A stretch of DNA of 64,000 nt from an uncultured Pelagibacteraceae bacterium (GTDB lineage Bacteria > Pseudomonadota > Alphaproteobacteria > Pelagibacterales > Pelagibacteraceae), in assembly GCA_902587085.1 (NCBI GenBank), contig CACIJX010000002.1, positions 6,158 to 70,157 on the forward strand, read 5' to 3'. Numbering within the stretch: the first letter of the stretch is position 1; every line of letters starts with the position of its first letter. Below, piece by piece: positions 18,445 through 26,949 of this stretch. Under the pieces are notes generated by a model that searched no databases, had not been told where the DNA came from, and saw only the letters and a program-made list of their open reading frames with translations. Both the position numbers and the translations under genes were made by a program.

Positions 18445-18942
18445 TTACTTAGAAGCTTTAACTTTTTTTTCTATAAATTCTGGAACATCATCTTCTTTAT
18501 CGATGAGCTCCTCTTTTTGATTTTTAGGCTGGAATGCGTAAAGCACGTGCAATTTACAATAAGAAAATCCTTCAATTGGCGTTCTACCACAAAAATAAAA
18601 ATCTTTTTCATCGGGATGCCCTATTGGCCATCTGCAATTAGTATCTGAAAGTTCCTCTAACTTTTTTGGTTTCTCTGGCTCAAAGTTTTTATCAAGCAGA
18701 ATAGATTTAAATCTCTCTTTTCTACTTATATAGCCCTGCTGTTTGTTTTGATTAATTTCAAAGTGTTTTTTTGGTTTTTCTGCTTTTTTTGGCGCGACTC
18801 GCCCAGCAAGTTTAAGCCTGTGCGCTTTTCCTATAACCGCATTCCTGGTTGTGCCTCCTAGCATCTCTGCGATTTGACTGGCAGTGTGTCCTTTTTCCCA
18901 AAGTTCTTTAAGTTTTGCTTCTCTCTCTTCAGTCCAGCTCAT
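18445..18942 (-). CDS. gcrA: cell-cycle transcriptional regulator GcrA
   Basis: N-terminus MSWTEEREAKLKELWEKGHTASQIAEMLGGTTRNAVIGKAHRL and C-terminal CRWPIG..FCG motifs are diagnostic of GcrA. Confidence 0.9.
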   Translation of the reverse strand: MSWTEEREAKLKELWEKGHTASQIAEMLGGTTRNAVIGKAHRLKLAGRVAPKKAEKPKKHFEINQNKQQGYISRKERFKSILLDKNFEPEKPKKLEELSDTNCRWPIGHPDEKDFYFCGRTPIEGFSYCKLHVLYAFQPKNQKEELIDKEDDVPEFIEKKVKASK

Positions 18943-19079
18943 AATTTAAGAAAACAACATATAGTTTTCTTGTTTCAACCTATTACATTATTTAGTAGTG
19001 TTAAAATAAATAAACTCAAAATTCTGTTGAAAACAAAAGTTTTTCACAGAAATTTTATTTTGCAGTTATAAGACTACGT

Positions 19080-19892
19080 ATGGTTGAAATAAGTACAAAA
19101 TATAAATTAGGAATAAGAAGATTTGGTTTGATAAACTGGATTGGTTTATGGACTTTATACAAAAAAGAAGTCCTTAGATTTTTAATCGTTTGGATTCAAA
19201 CACTTTTATCCCCAATTATTACTTCATTGCTGTTTCTTTTAGTACTATCCGTTGCAATTGGCAGCGGTAGGTCAGACATGCTTGGCGTTCCATTCATTGA
19301 TTTTCTCGCGCCAGGATTGATTGCGATGCAAGTTATACAACAATCTTTTTCACATTCTTCCTCATCTTTTATGATAGGAAAAATGCAAGGGAACATTGTT
19401 GATATTTTGTATGCTCCTCTTTCAGCCGTTGAGGTAACTATTGCTGTTACTTTAGCTGCAGTAACCAGAAGCTTTATGATTGCTATTTTCTCAATATGTA
19501 TATTTTATTTTCTTGTAGATATTGAAGTTAAAAACTTTTATGCTTTAATTTTTTATACCTTGATCTCCTCTTTTATTTTAGGCTCGCTTGGTGTTGTGGC
19601 TGGTTTATGGGCTGAAAAATTTGATCATATGGCCTCGGTAACGAATTTTGTAATTGTACCACTTTCATTTTTATCTGGAACTTTTTATACGATAGATAAT
19701 CTTCCCGAATTTCTTCAAATAATAAGTAAATGCAACCCCTTTTTTTATATGATTGATGGATTTAGATATAGCATGCTAGGACAATCTGACGGGTCGATTT
19801 TAGTTGGTGTAATATATCTTTTTATTTTAGCAATAGTTATATGGTTGGCATCTTATTTACTCTACAAAAGAGGTTATAAAATAAAATCATAG
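19080..19892 (+). CDS. ABC-2 type transporter permease (YadH-like), no adjacent ATPase gene
   Basis: 270 aa with six predicted TM segments, an ABC-2 family look. Confidence 0.6.
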   Translation: MVEISTKYKLGIRRFGLINWIGLWTLYKKEVLRFLIVWIQTLLSPIITSLLFLLVLSVAIGSGRSDMLGVPFIDFLAPGLIAMQVIQQSFSHSSSSFMIGKMQGNIVDILYAPLSAVEVTIAVTLAAVTRSFMIAIFSICIFYFLVDIEVKNFYALIFYTLISSFILGSLGVVAGLWAEKFDHMASVTNFVIVPLSFLSGTFYTIDNLPEFLQIISKCNPFFYMIDGFRYSMLGQSDGSILVGVIYLFILAIVIWLASYLLYKRGYKIKS

Positions 19893-19895
19893 TTA

Positions 19896-21062
19896 ATGAG
19901 CGCATTAGTTAGAAATTATAATAGAAGAAAAATTGCTTTTAAAAAGGGAAAAGGCAGTTTTTTATATTCTACTGATGGAAAAAAATATTTAGATTTTGTT
20001 CAGGGTATAGCAGTTAATTCCTTAGGCCACGCAAATCCTTACTTAATTAAAGCGATGAACAAGCAGGCCAAAAAGGTTTGGCATGTTTCAAATGCGTTTG
20101 TTATCCCAGAAGGCGAAAGACTTGCTAAAAGATTAACTCAAAAAACTTTTGCAGATTATGTTGTATTTCAAAATAGTGGAGCTGAAGCAACGGAGGCTGC
20201 TATAAAGGCTGCAAGAAGATACTTTTATTCAATAGGAAAAACAAAAAAAAATAGAATTCTTTGTATTAAAAACTCTTTTCATGGGAGAACTTTAGCTACA
20301 ATTTTTGCAAGTGGATCAAAAAAAATGACAGAAGGTTTTGGGCCAAAAGTGCCTGGTTTCGATCATTTTGATTTTGCTGATCATAAGGGTTTAAAAAAAG
20401 CTATTACGAAAAATACGGCTGCAATAATGTGTGAAACAGCAATGGGAGAGTCTGGCATTAAAGTAATACCTGAATGGTGCTTGAAAGGTATAAGAAAAAT
20501 TTGCAATGAGAAAAAAATATTATTAATTTTAGACGAAGTTCAATGCGGCATAGGTAGATCAGGGAAATTTTTGGCTTTTGAATATGCAAAAATAAGACCC
20601 GATATTGTACCAATTGCAAAAGGCATTGGAGGTGGGTTTCCAATTGGTGCAGTTTTGATGAACAAAAAAGTTGCATCTGCAATGACACCAGGATCACACG
20701 GAAGTACATTTGGAGGGAATCCTTTAGCTATGAGTGTTGGAAATGCAGTATTGGATCAAATATTTAAAAAGGGTTTTTTGAAAAATGTTGAATTGAATTC
20801 TAAATACTTTATTTCTGGATTAAAAAAAATAAAATATGACTATCCAAAAATAATTAAAGAGGTAAGGGGTATCGGATTATTACTAGGTATCCAGCTTTAT
20901 AAAGATCAAAATAAATTTATAAAAAAATTAGAGGAAAACAAGTTGTTAACAATAAGAGCAGGTGAAAATGTTGTCAGAATTTTGCCTCCTTTAAACGTTA
21001 AAAAAAATGAGATTGATCTAGCAATAAAAATTTTTAGAAAAGTTTGTAATCAACTAAATTAA
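19896..21062 (+). CDS. argD: acetylornithine aminotransferase
   Basis: Class III aminotransferase of 388 aa. The gcrA-argD-argF synteny is typical of alphaproteobacteria. Confidence 0.85.
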   Translation: MSALVRNYNRRKIAFKKGKGSFLYSTDGKKYLDFVQGIAVNSLGHANPYLIKAMNKQAKKVWHVSNAFVIPEGERLAKRLTQKTFADYVVFQNSGAEATEAAIKAARRYFYSIGKTKKNRILCIKNSFHGRTLATIFASGSKKMTEGFGPKVPGFDHFDFADHKGLKKAITKNTAAIMCETAMGESGIKVIPEWCLKGIRKICNEKKILLILDEVQCGIGRSGKFLAFEYAKIRPDIVPIAKGIGGGFPIGAVLMNKKVASAMTPGSHGSTFGGNPLAMSVGNAVLDQIFKKGFLKNVELNSKYFISGLKKIKYDYPKIIKEVRGIGLLLGIQLYKDQNKFIKKLEENKLLTIRAGENVVRILPPLNVKKNEIDLAIKIFRKVCNQLN

Positions 21063-21065
21063 TTT

Positions 21066-21989
21066 ATGAATCATTTTATAAATATATCAGATTTATCTAT
21101 GAACGATTTAAGGTCGATAATAGACAATGCAAAAAAAAGAAAAAAAGATAGAGGCAAAAAGTCAAATTCACAACCAGACTCGGATCAACCGTTTCAAGGG
21201 AAAACTATGATAATGCTTTTTGCAAAAACATCTACTAGAACAAGAATCTCTTTTGATTTGGCGGTCAAACAATTGGGTGGATCTTCAATTATTTTAAATG
21301 AGGATGAAATTCATTATGGAAAAGGGGACGAAACAATTAAAGATACCGCTAAAGTTTTGTCTCAGTATGCCGACATATTGATGATTAGAACAGACTCACA
21401 TAAAGATATAATTGAATTTAAAAAACACCTCGATATCCCAATTATAAACGGCTTAACTAATTTGAGCCATCCTTGTCAAATTATGTCTGATATTTTAACT
21501 TTCGAGGAGTCAAAAGGAAAAATAGAGGGAAAAACTATTGCTTGGCTTGGAGATGGAAATAATGTCGCGAACTCATTTATTGAAGCTGCAACTAAATTTA
21601 AATTTAATATTAAGATTGCTTGTCCCAATAAATATCAACCTGATAAAAAAATTGTAAATTTTGCAAAACAAAATAACTGCGCGATTTTAATTACAGATGA
21701 TCCCTATAAGGCAGTATCCAACGCAGATTGCGTTATGACAGATAAATGGATTTCTATGGGTGATAAGGGTGATAAAAATAAAAAAAAGAAAGCTTTAAAA
21801 AAATATCAGGTAAATAGTAATATTATGAAGTCAGCAAAACCTGACGCTATATTTATGCATTGTCTTCCAGCTAGTAGAGAAGAAGAAGTAACAAGCGAAG
21901 TAATGGATGGAAAACAATCAGTAGTGTGGTTACAAGCCTTCAATAGAATTCATGCACAAAAAAGTATTATTGAATGGTGTTTAAAGTAA
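21066..21989 (+). CDS. argF: ornithine carbamoyltransferase
   Basis: 307 aa with STRTR and HPCQ motifs and HCLPA near the C-terminus. Confidence 0.9.
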   Translation: MNHFINISDLSMNDLRSIIDNAKKRKKDRGKKSNSQPDSDQPFQGKTMIMLFAKTSTRTRISFDLAVKQLGGSSIILNEDEIHYGKGDETIKDTAKVLSQYADILMIRTDSHKDIIEFKKHLDIPIINGLTNLSHPCQIMSDILTFEESKGKIEGKTIAWLGDGNNVANSFIEAATKFKFNIKIACPNKYQPDKKIVNFAKQNNCAILITDDPYKAVSNADCVMTDKWISMGDKGDKNKKKKALKKYQVNSNIMKSAKPDAIFMHCLPASREEEVTSEVMDGKQSVVWLQAFNRIHAQKSIIEWCLK

Positions 21990-22523
21990 TTAAGGATTCG
22001 GTAGTGGAGAATCACTTTTGCTATTCATATAAAGTATTACAGAAGCTCTATCTTTCTCTTTTTTTAATCCAGCAAAAGCCATTTTTGTTCCCTTAATATG
22101 TGCTTGAGGTTTAAGTAAATATGAATTCATTTCAGCATACGACCAAACTTTTCCATGAGCTATTAATGCTTTGGAATATTTATAATCTGTAATTGCAGCA
22201 GACTTTCTACCAAGAACACCATATAAAACTGGACCGATTTTATTTTTTCCACCTTTCGCAACTACATGACAAGCTGTACATTTTTTAAATACTGTTTCTC
22301 CATGCTCAATAGTTCCAAGCGCAAGTAAAGCTTTTATGTCTACACCACCTGTCTTTGATGAATCTGATGTCACAGTTTTGGCAACCGGGGCCTCTACCAC
22401 ATATGCTGCTTCAGGGGGGGTTTTAACCTGGAATATAAGGTCTGTAGTTTTTTCTATACCAAAAACAACTATAACCGTAAAAATAATTGCTGCCAAAATT
22501 TTATTTAATTCAAAACTATTCAT
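21990..22523 (-). CDS. membrane-anchored class I cytochrome c
   Basis: 177 aa with an N-terminal TM anchor, heme motif CTACH and a distal Met (GTKMAF). Confidence 0.8.
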   Translation of the reverse strand: MNSFELNKILAAIIFTVIVVFGIEKTTDLIFQVKTPPEAAYVVEAPVAKTVTSDSSKTGGVDIKALLALGTIEHGETVFKKCTACHVVAKGGKNKIGPVLYGVLGRKSAAITDYKYSKALIAHGKVWSYAEMNSYLLKPQAHIKGTKMAFAGLKKEKDRASVILYMNSKSDSPLPNP

Positions 22524-22619
22524 AAATTTGATAATTAATACATTAGATATATCACGAGTAACAAAAAAAAACTTTAAGTAATTTGTATGATATTGCGTCT
22601 TTGAGCCGCATAAATATTT

Positions 22620-23357
22620 ATGAGTAATACAGTCGTCATTATCCCTACACGTTTGAAAGCTAAAAGATTTCCTAATAAACCATTAAAATTAATAAATCAA
22701 AAAGAAATGATCTTGCATGTTTATGAATTAGCTAAAAATTCTAATGTTGGCGATGTTTTAGTTACAACCCCCGACAAGGATATTGCCAATCTTATAAATA
22801 AAAAAAATGGAAAATCATTTATATCTCAAAATGATCATCAAACTGGAACCGATAGAGTTTACGAGGCGTATGAAAAATTTTATTCATCAAAGCCAGAAGT
22901 AGTAATTAATCTTCAAGGAGATATGCCAAATCTAAAACCAGAGGCAATAGTGAAAATTAATAATTATATGTTAAAAAAAATTTGTGATGTAACCACCTTA
23001 GCATCCTCTATTAAGAGCAAAGATGAATTTGAGCAACAAAACATTGTTAAAGTTGAAACTAAAGACAATATAGAAAAACTAGATTTTTCTGAAGCAATAG
23101 ACTTTAAGAGAAATTTAATTAAATACGAACAAAAATTTGTTTACCATCATATAGGCGTTTATGCTTTTACTAGCAGTGCCTTAAAAAAGTATGTAAATTT
23201 AAAAAGAAGTAAGTTAGAAGTGAAGAGAAATTTAGAACAAATGAGGGCTATGGAAAACAATATTAAAATTCATGTGGGTTATACAAACTCTCAACCACTT
23301 AGCGTTGATACTGAAGATGATTTAGAAAAAATAAAGAAGATAATGGAAGTTAAATGA
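22620..23357 (+). CDS. kdsB: 3-deoxy-manno-octulosonate cytidylyltransferase (CMP-KDO synthetase)
   Basis: 245 aa with the N-terminal motif VVIIPTRLKAKRFPNKPL. Confidence 0.85.
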   Translation: MSNTVVIIPTRLKAKRFPNKPLKLINQKEMILHVYELAKNSNVGDVLVTTPDKDIANLINKKNGKSFISQNDHQTGTDRVYEAYEKFYSSKPEVVINLQGDMPNLKPEAIVKINNYMLKKICDVTTLASSIKSKDEFEQQNIVKVETKDNIEKLDFSEAIDFKRNLIKYEQKFVYHHIGVYAFTSSALKKYVNLKRSKLEVKRNLEQMRAMENNIKIHVGYTNSQPLSVDTEDDLEKIKKIMEVK

Positions 23358-24196
23358 AAAATTTAAAAATAGCGTTTCAAGGAGAAAATGGTGCATACTC
23401 GCATATAGCTTGTGAAAATTTATTTCCCGGTTCAACAGTAAAAGCCTGCCCAACATTTGAAGAGACGTTCAAAACAGCTTTTGATGATGATAATTTTAAA
23501 ATAGTTATACCAATAGAAAATTCCTTAGCAGGAAGAGTAGCTGATATTCATTATTTATTACCAAAGTATAAACTTCAAATCTATGGTGAACACTATCAGC
23601 CTGTTCAACATAATCTTTTAGTTAAGCAAGGAACAGATTTAAAAGATATTAAGTATATTAGGAGTCATGCTCAAGCAATTGACCAATGTCAAAAGATTAT
23701 TCAAAAACATGGATTTAAAACAATCATTTCTGCAGATACTGCTGGGTCCGCAAAAGATTTATCAAAAGGCAAAGATAATTCAATAGGTGCAATTGCTTCG
23801 TTGATTTCAGCAAAAATTTATAATCTAAAAGTTTTAATGAAAAATATTGAAGATGAGAGTAATAATGTAACCCGATTTTTAATCATGGGAAAAAATATTA
23901 TTCAACCAAATTACGAAAAAAATAAGCAATATATAACAAGCTGCATATTTAGACTGAAAAGTATTCCGGCCGCTCTTTATAAATGCCTTGGAGGATTTGC
24001 CACTAATCAAGTAAATCTTACAAAGCTAGAAAGTTTTTCTGTAAAAAATACATTTGATCAAACTAATTTTTATCTTGATTTGGAGGGTCATATTGAAAAT
24101 TCAAAAGTACAAAAGGCTCTTGAAGAACTGGGATTTCATACTGAAAGTTTGAATATTTTGGGGGTTTATGAGGCTTCACCATTTAGAAAAAAATAG
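23354..24196 (+). CDS. pheA: prephenate dehydratase
   Basis: 280 aa with IAFQGENGAYSH at the N-terminus and a C-terminal ACT-like region. Confidence 0.85.
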   Translation: MKNLKIAFQGENGAYSHIACENLFPGSTVKACPTFEETFKTAFDDDNFKIVIPIENSLAGRVADIHYLLPKYKLQIYGEHYQPVQHNLLVKQGTDLKDIKYIRSHAQAIDQCQKIIQKHGFKTIISADTAGSAKDLSKGKDNSIGAIASLISAKIYNLKVLMKNIEDESNNVTRFLIMGKNIIQPNYEKNKQYITSCIFRLKSIPAALYKCLGGFATNQVNLTKLESFSVKNTFDQTNFYLDLEGHIENSKVQKALEELGFHTESLNILGVYEASPFRKK

Positions 24197-24219
24197 TCCA
24201 CAAATTTAAGATTCGATAC

Positions 24220-24249
24220 TTGTAGAATTCAATTTGATACTGATATAAT
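24220..24249 (+). promoter_or_regulatory. candidate sigma-70 promoter for ffs (TTGTAG-N18-TATAAT)
   Basis: A perfect TATAAT lies at 24244..24249, 5-6 nt before the predicted SRP RNA 5' end. Confidence 0.45.
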
Positions 24250-24254
24250 AATTT

Positions 24255-24343
24255 GGAGGCCATTCAGGCGGTTTTGATACGTTTAATGTGTCAGGGTGTA
24301 ACAACAGCAGCACGAACTTTTGAAAGCGGGTTGTTTGGTCTCC
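24255..24343 (+). ncRNA. ffs: signal recognition particle RNA (4.5S type)
   Basis: The terminal helix pairs GGAGGCC (24255..24261) with GGTCTCC (24337..24343). The domain IV core GUCAGG-GU-GUAA-CAACAGCAGC has a GNRA tetraloop and the conserved UCAGG and AGCAGC strands. The position directly upstream of dnaX is classical. The ends are approximate. Confidence 0.75.
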
Positions 24344-24347
24344 TAGT

Positions 24348-26027
24348 ATGAAAAATATTAATGAAACTAAAATCTTAGCTTTAAAATATAGGCCAAGAAC
24401 TTTTAAGGATTTGATCGGGCAAGAATTAATTTCTGAGACAATATCCAATTCAATTAAAATAAAAAAAACACCCAATGCTTTTTTACTGACTGGTATTAGA
24501 GGAGTGGGCAAAACTACAACTGCAAGATTAATTGCTAAAGGTCTTAATTGTTCGAAGGAATCTGAAAATGGCAACATGTGCAGCACAAGCGATTTATGCA
24601 ATCACTGTTCTGAAATAGAAAGTTCAAATCATATAGATGTTTTAGAAATGGACGCTGCATCTAAAACTGGTATTGATGATGTAAGAGAGATAATTGAAAA
24701 TGCAAAATATAATCCAACTAGCGCAAGATATAAAATCTTCATAATAGATGAGGTACACATGTTATCAAAGCAAGCATTTAATGGATTGCTTAAAACATTA
24801 GAGGAGCCTCCAAAAAAACTCAAATTTATATTAGCTACCACTGAAGTGAGAAAAATTCCGGTAACAATTTTATCAAGGTGCCAAAGATTTGATTTGAAGA
24901 GAGTAAATATAGAAATAATTTTTGATCACATTAAAAAAATAATGGATATAGAGGGTGGAAAAGTATCAGATAATGCATTGAGAATATTGGCAAAAACATC
25001 AGAAGGCTCCGTAAGAGATGCAGTCTCCTTACTCGACAGAGCTTTGATGTCGCAAAGTCTTGATAAAAATAAAATACTTAATGATGCAGATATAAGAAAG
25101 ATGCTTGGTCTAGCTGATAGGTCTAAATTGATTAATCTTACCAGTGATATTTTTAAAGGAAATAAAGATGAAGCCTTAGGTCGACTTAAAGAACTTATTA
25201 ATGATGGTTTGGACCCCAAAAACTTTTTAAATGATTTTTTGGAAATGCTCTATTTATTTAGTAGAAGAATTACACTTGGATCTTTCGAGAAAGATGCATT
25301 TATATCTAAAGGAGAATTAGATTTAATTCAAAAGAGCAGCGAGAACTTAAGCATTCAAGATATTGGATTATTCTGGCAATTAACTTTAAAAACAATTGAG
25401 GATTTAAAAATTGTTCCAAATGAAAATATAGCTCTTGAAATGTTCATTTTACAATTGATTCATATAAAAGAATTAGATGAAGATGATAAAGAAGATGAAG
25501 TTATAAAACAGTCATCAAAAAATATAGATCAACAAATCTCAAAAAAGAAAATTGAAATTACGAACCAAGATATCGATACCTCTAACTTCACAAAAAACCA
25601 GCTTAAAAATACTGAACAAGTAAAAAGTCAAACTTTTAAAGATGTTGAACTAAATAAAAAACATCAAATTAAATCATTTTCAGAATTAATCTATTTGTCA
25701 GAAAAAAATAAAGAAATTGAGTTAAAATATGATCTTGAAAAAAATGTAAGGTTAATAAAATTTGAGGAAGGTAAAATTGACATAAATTTTAACGAAAATC
25801 TAAATAAAAATTTTATTAAGAAATTATCTCAAAACCTTTACGATTGGACAGGTAAAAGATGGATAATAAGTTTAAGCAAAGATGAAAGTGCAAAAACTTT
25901 TAATGATCAAAAAGAAGAAGAAAAAGAGAAAAACTTATTACTTGAAAAAGAAAGCAATATTTCTATTAAAATTAAAAAATATTTTCCAGACGCTGAGCTA
26001 ATTGAGGTTAAAAAAGAAAATGAATAA
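24348..26027 (+). CDS. dnaX: DNA polymerase III subunit tau (gamma/tau)
   Basis: 559 aa with an AAA+ module (GIRGVGKTT), a Zn-module Cys cluster (CSKESENGNMCSTSDLCNHC) and IIDEVHMLS. Confidence 0.9.
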   Translation: MKNINETKILALKYRPRTFKDLIGQELISETISNSIKIKKTPNAFLLTGIRGVGKTTTARLIAKGLNCSKESENGNMCSTSDLCNHCSEIESSNHIDVLEMDAASKTGIDDVREIIENAKYNPTSARYKIFIIDEVHMLSKQAFNGLLKTLEEPPKKLKFILATTEVRKIPVTILSRCQRFDLKRVNIEIIFDHIKKIMDIEGGKVSDNALRILAKTSEGSVRDAVSLLDRALMSQSLDKNKILNDADIRKMLGLADRSKLINLTSDIFKGNKDEALGRLKELINDGLDPKNFLNDFLEMLYLFSRRITLGSFEKDAFISKGELDLIQKSSENLSIQDIGLFWQLTLKTIEDLKIVPNENIALEMFILQLIHIKELDEDDKEDEVIKQSSKNIDQQISKKKIEITNQDIDTSNFTKNQLKNTEQVKSQTFKDVELNKKHQIKSFSELIYLSEKNKEIELKYDLEKNVRLIKFEEGKIDINFNENLNKNFIKKLSQNLYDWTGKRWIISLSKDESAKTFNDQKEEEKEKNLLLEKESNISIKIKKYFPDAELIEVKKENE

Positions 26028-26340
26028 TTTTTCTGATATGCTTTCAAAGGCGAAACAAATGCAAGAAAAAATGAAAGAGGTTCAAGAAAGTTTAAAAAAA
26101 ATTGAAGTAGAGGGAGTTTCGGGAGGAAATTTAGTTCGTATTACTTTAAGCGGTGACTATCAAATGAAGTCAGTGACAATAAGTGAAAACGCAAAAAAAG
26201 AAACAAACGAAATTCTAAATGATCTTATTGTTGCTGCTTATAATGATGCAAAAGAAAAAATAAAAAAAAAAACATCAGAGGAAATTTCAAAATTTTCTGG
26301 ACTACCAAACCTTCCTCTCGATTTAAAATTCCCTTTTTAA
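26020..26340 (+). CDS. ybaB: nucleoid-associated protein YbaB/EbfC
   Basis: Conserved dnaX-ybaB-recR order. ATG 26020 (MNNFSDMLSKAKQMQEKM) is more likely than the track's TTG at 26002. Confidence 0.85.
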   Translation: MNNFSDMLSKAKQMQEKMKEVQESLKKIEVEGVSGGNLVRITLSGDYQMKSVTISENAKKETNEILNDLIVAAYNDAKEKIKKKTSEEISKFSGLPNLPLDLKFPF

Positions 26341-26949
26341 ATGGATAATCAAATCCCAGAAATCCAAGAATTAATAAGACAAATTTCTAAACTACCGGGA
26401 CTTGGACCTAAATCAGCCAAAAGAATTGTTTTAAAACTTATAAACAATAAAGATAACATGATAAAACCACTCGCTAAATCATTAGCAGTTGTCTATAAAA
26501 ATATAGTCAGATGTAATGAATGTGGGAATTTAAAAATTATACAAAAGAAATGTAGTTGTGAAACTAATAATCAAAATTACGATAAAATTTGTGTGGTAGA
26601 AAATTTAGCTGATATGTGGGTCATTGAATCTTCAAATATTTTTAAGGGATATTTTCATATATTAGGTGGAACTATTAATCCCAATGAAAACTATGAGCAA
26701 AAAAATTTGTTAATAGACTCTTTGGTAAAAAGAATCAAAAAAAACAATCTTTCAGAGGTTATTATAGCAACAAGTGCAACAGTAGAGGGTCAAACCACAG
26801 CTCATTATATCGAAGATGTAATTAAAAATGATAAAATTAAAATTTCAAAATTAGGACAAGGACTACCTGTAGGTGGTGAAATAGAGCAGTTAGATGATGG
26901 TACTTTAGTCTCTGCCTTTAAAAATAGAGTCCCAGTATCTAGTGAATAG
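26341..26949 (+). CDS. recR: recombination protein RecR
   Basis: 202 aa with an HhH motif (LPGLGPKSAKR), a C4 zinc finger (CNECGN..CSC) and a Toprim region. Confidence 0.9.
   Translation: MDNQIPEIQELIRQISKLPGLGPKSAKRIVLKLINNKDNMIKPLAKSLAVVYKNIVRCNECGNLKIIQKKCSCETNNQNYDKICVVENLADMWVIESSNIFKGYFHILGGTINPNENYEQKNLLIDSLVKRIKKNNLSEVIIATSATVEGQTTAHYIEDVIKNDKIKISKLGQGLPVGGEIEQLDDGTLVSAFKNRVPVSSE

Noticed and set aside
18943-19079. CtrA boxes and CcrM GANTC sites in the gcrA promoter region
   Set aside because: I scanned by eye and found no TTAA-N7-TTAA and no GANTC in the spacer.
24206-24601. 131-aa minus-strand ORF spanning the pheA-dnaX spacer and the dnaX 5' end
   Set aside because: It overlaps the well-supported SRP RNA and the dnaX N-terminus on the opposite strand, and I recognise no protein family. 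It looks like a shadow ORF. The same applies to the other antisense or out-of-frame track ORFs inside strong genes, for example 12728..13129, 15049..15354, 36329..36625, 55854..56276 and 59320..59658.
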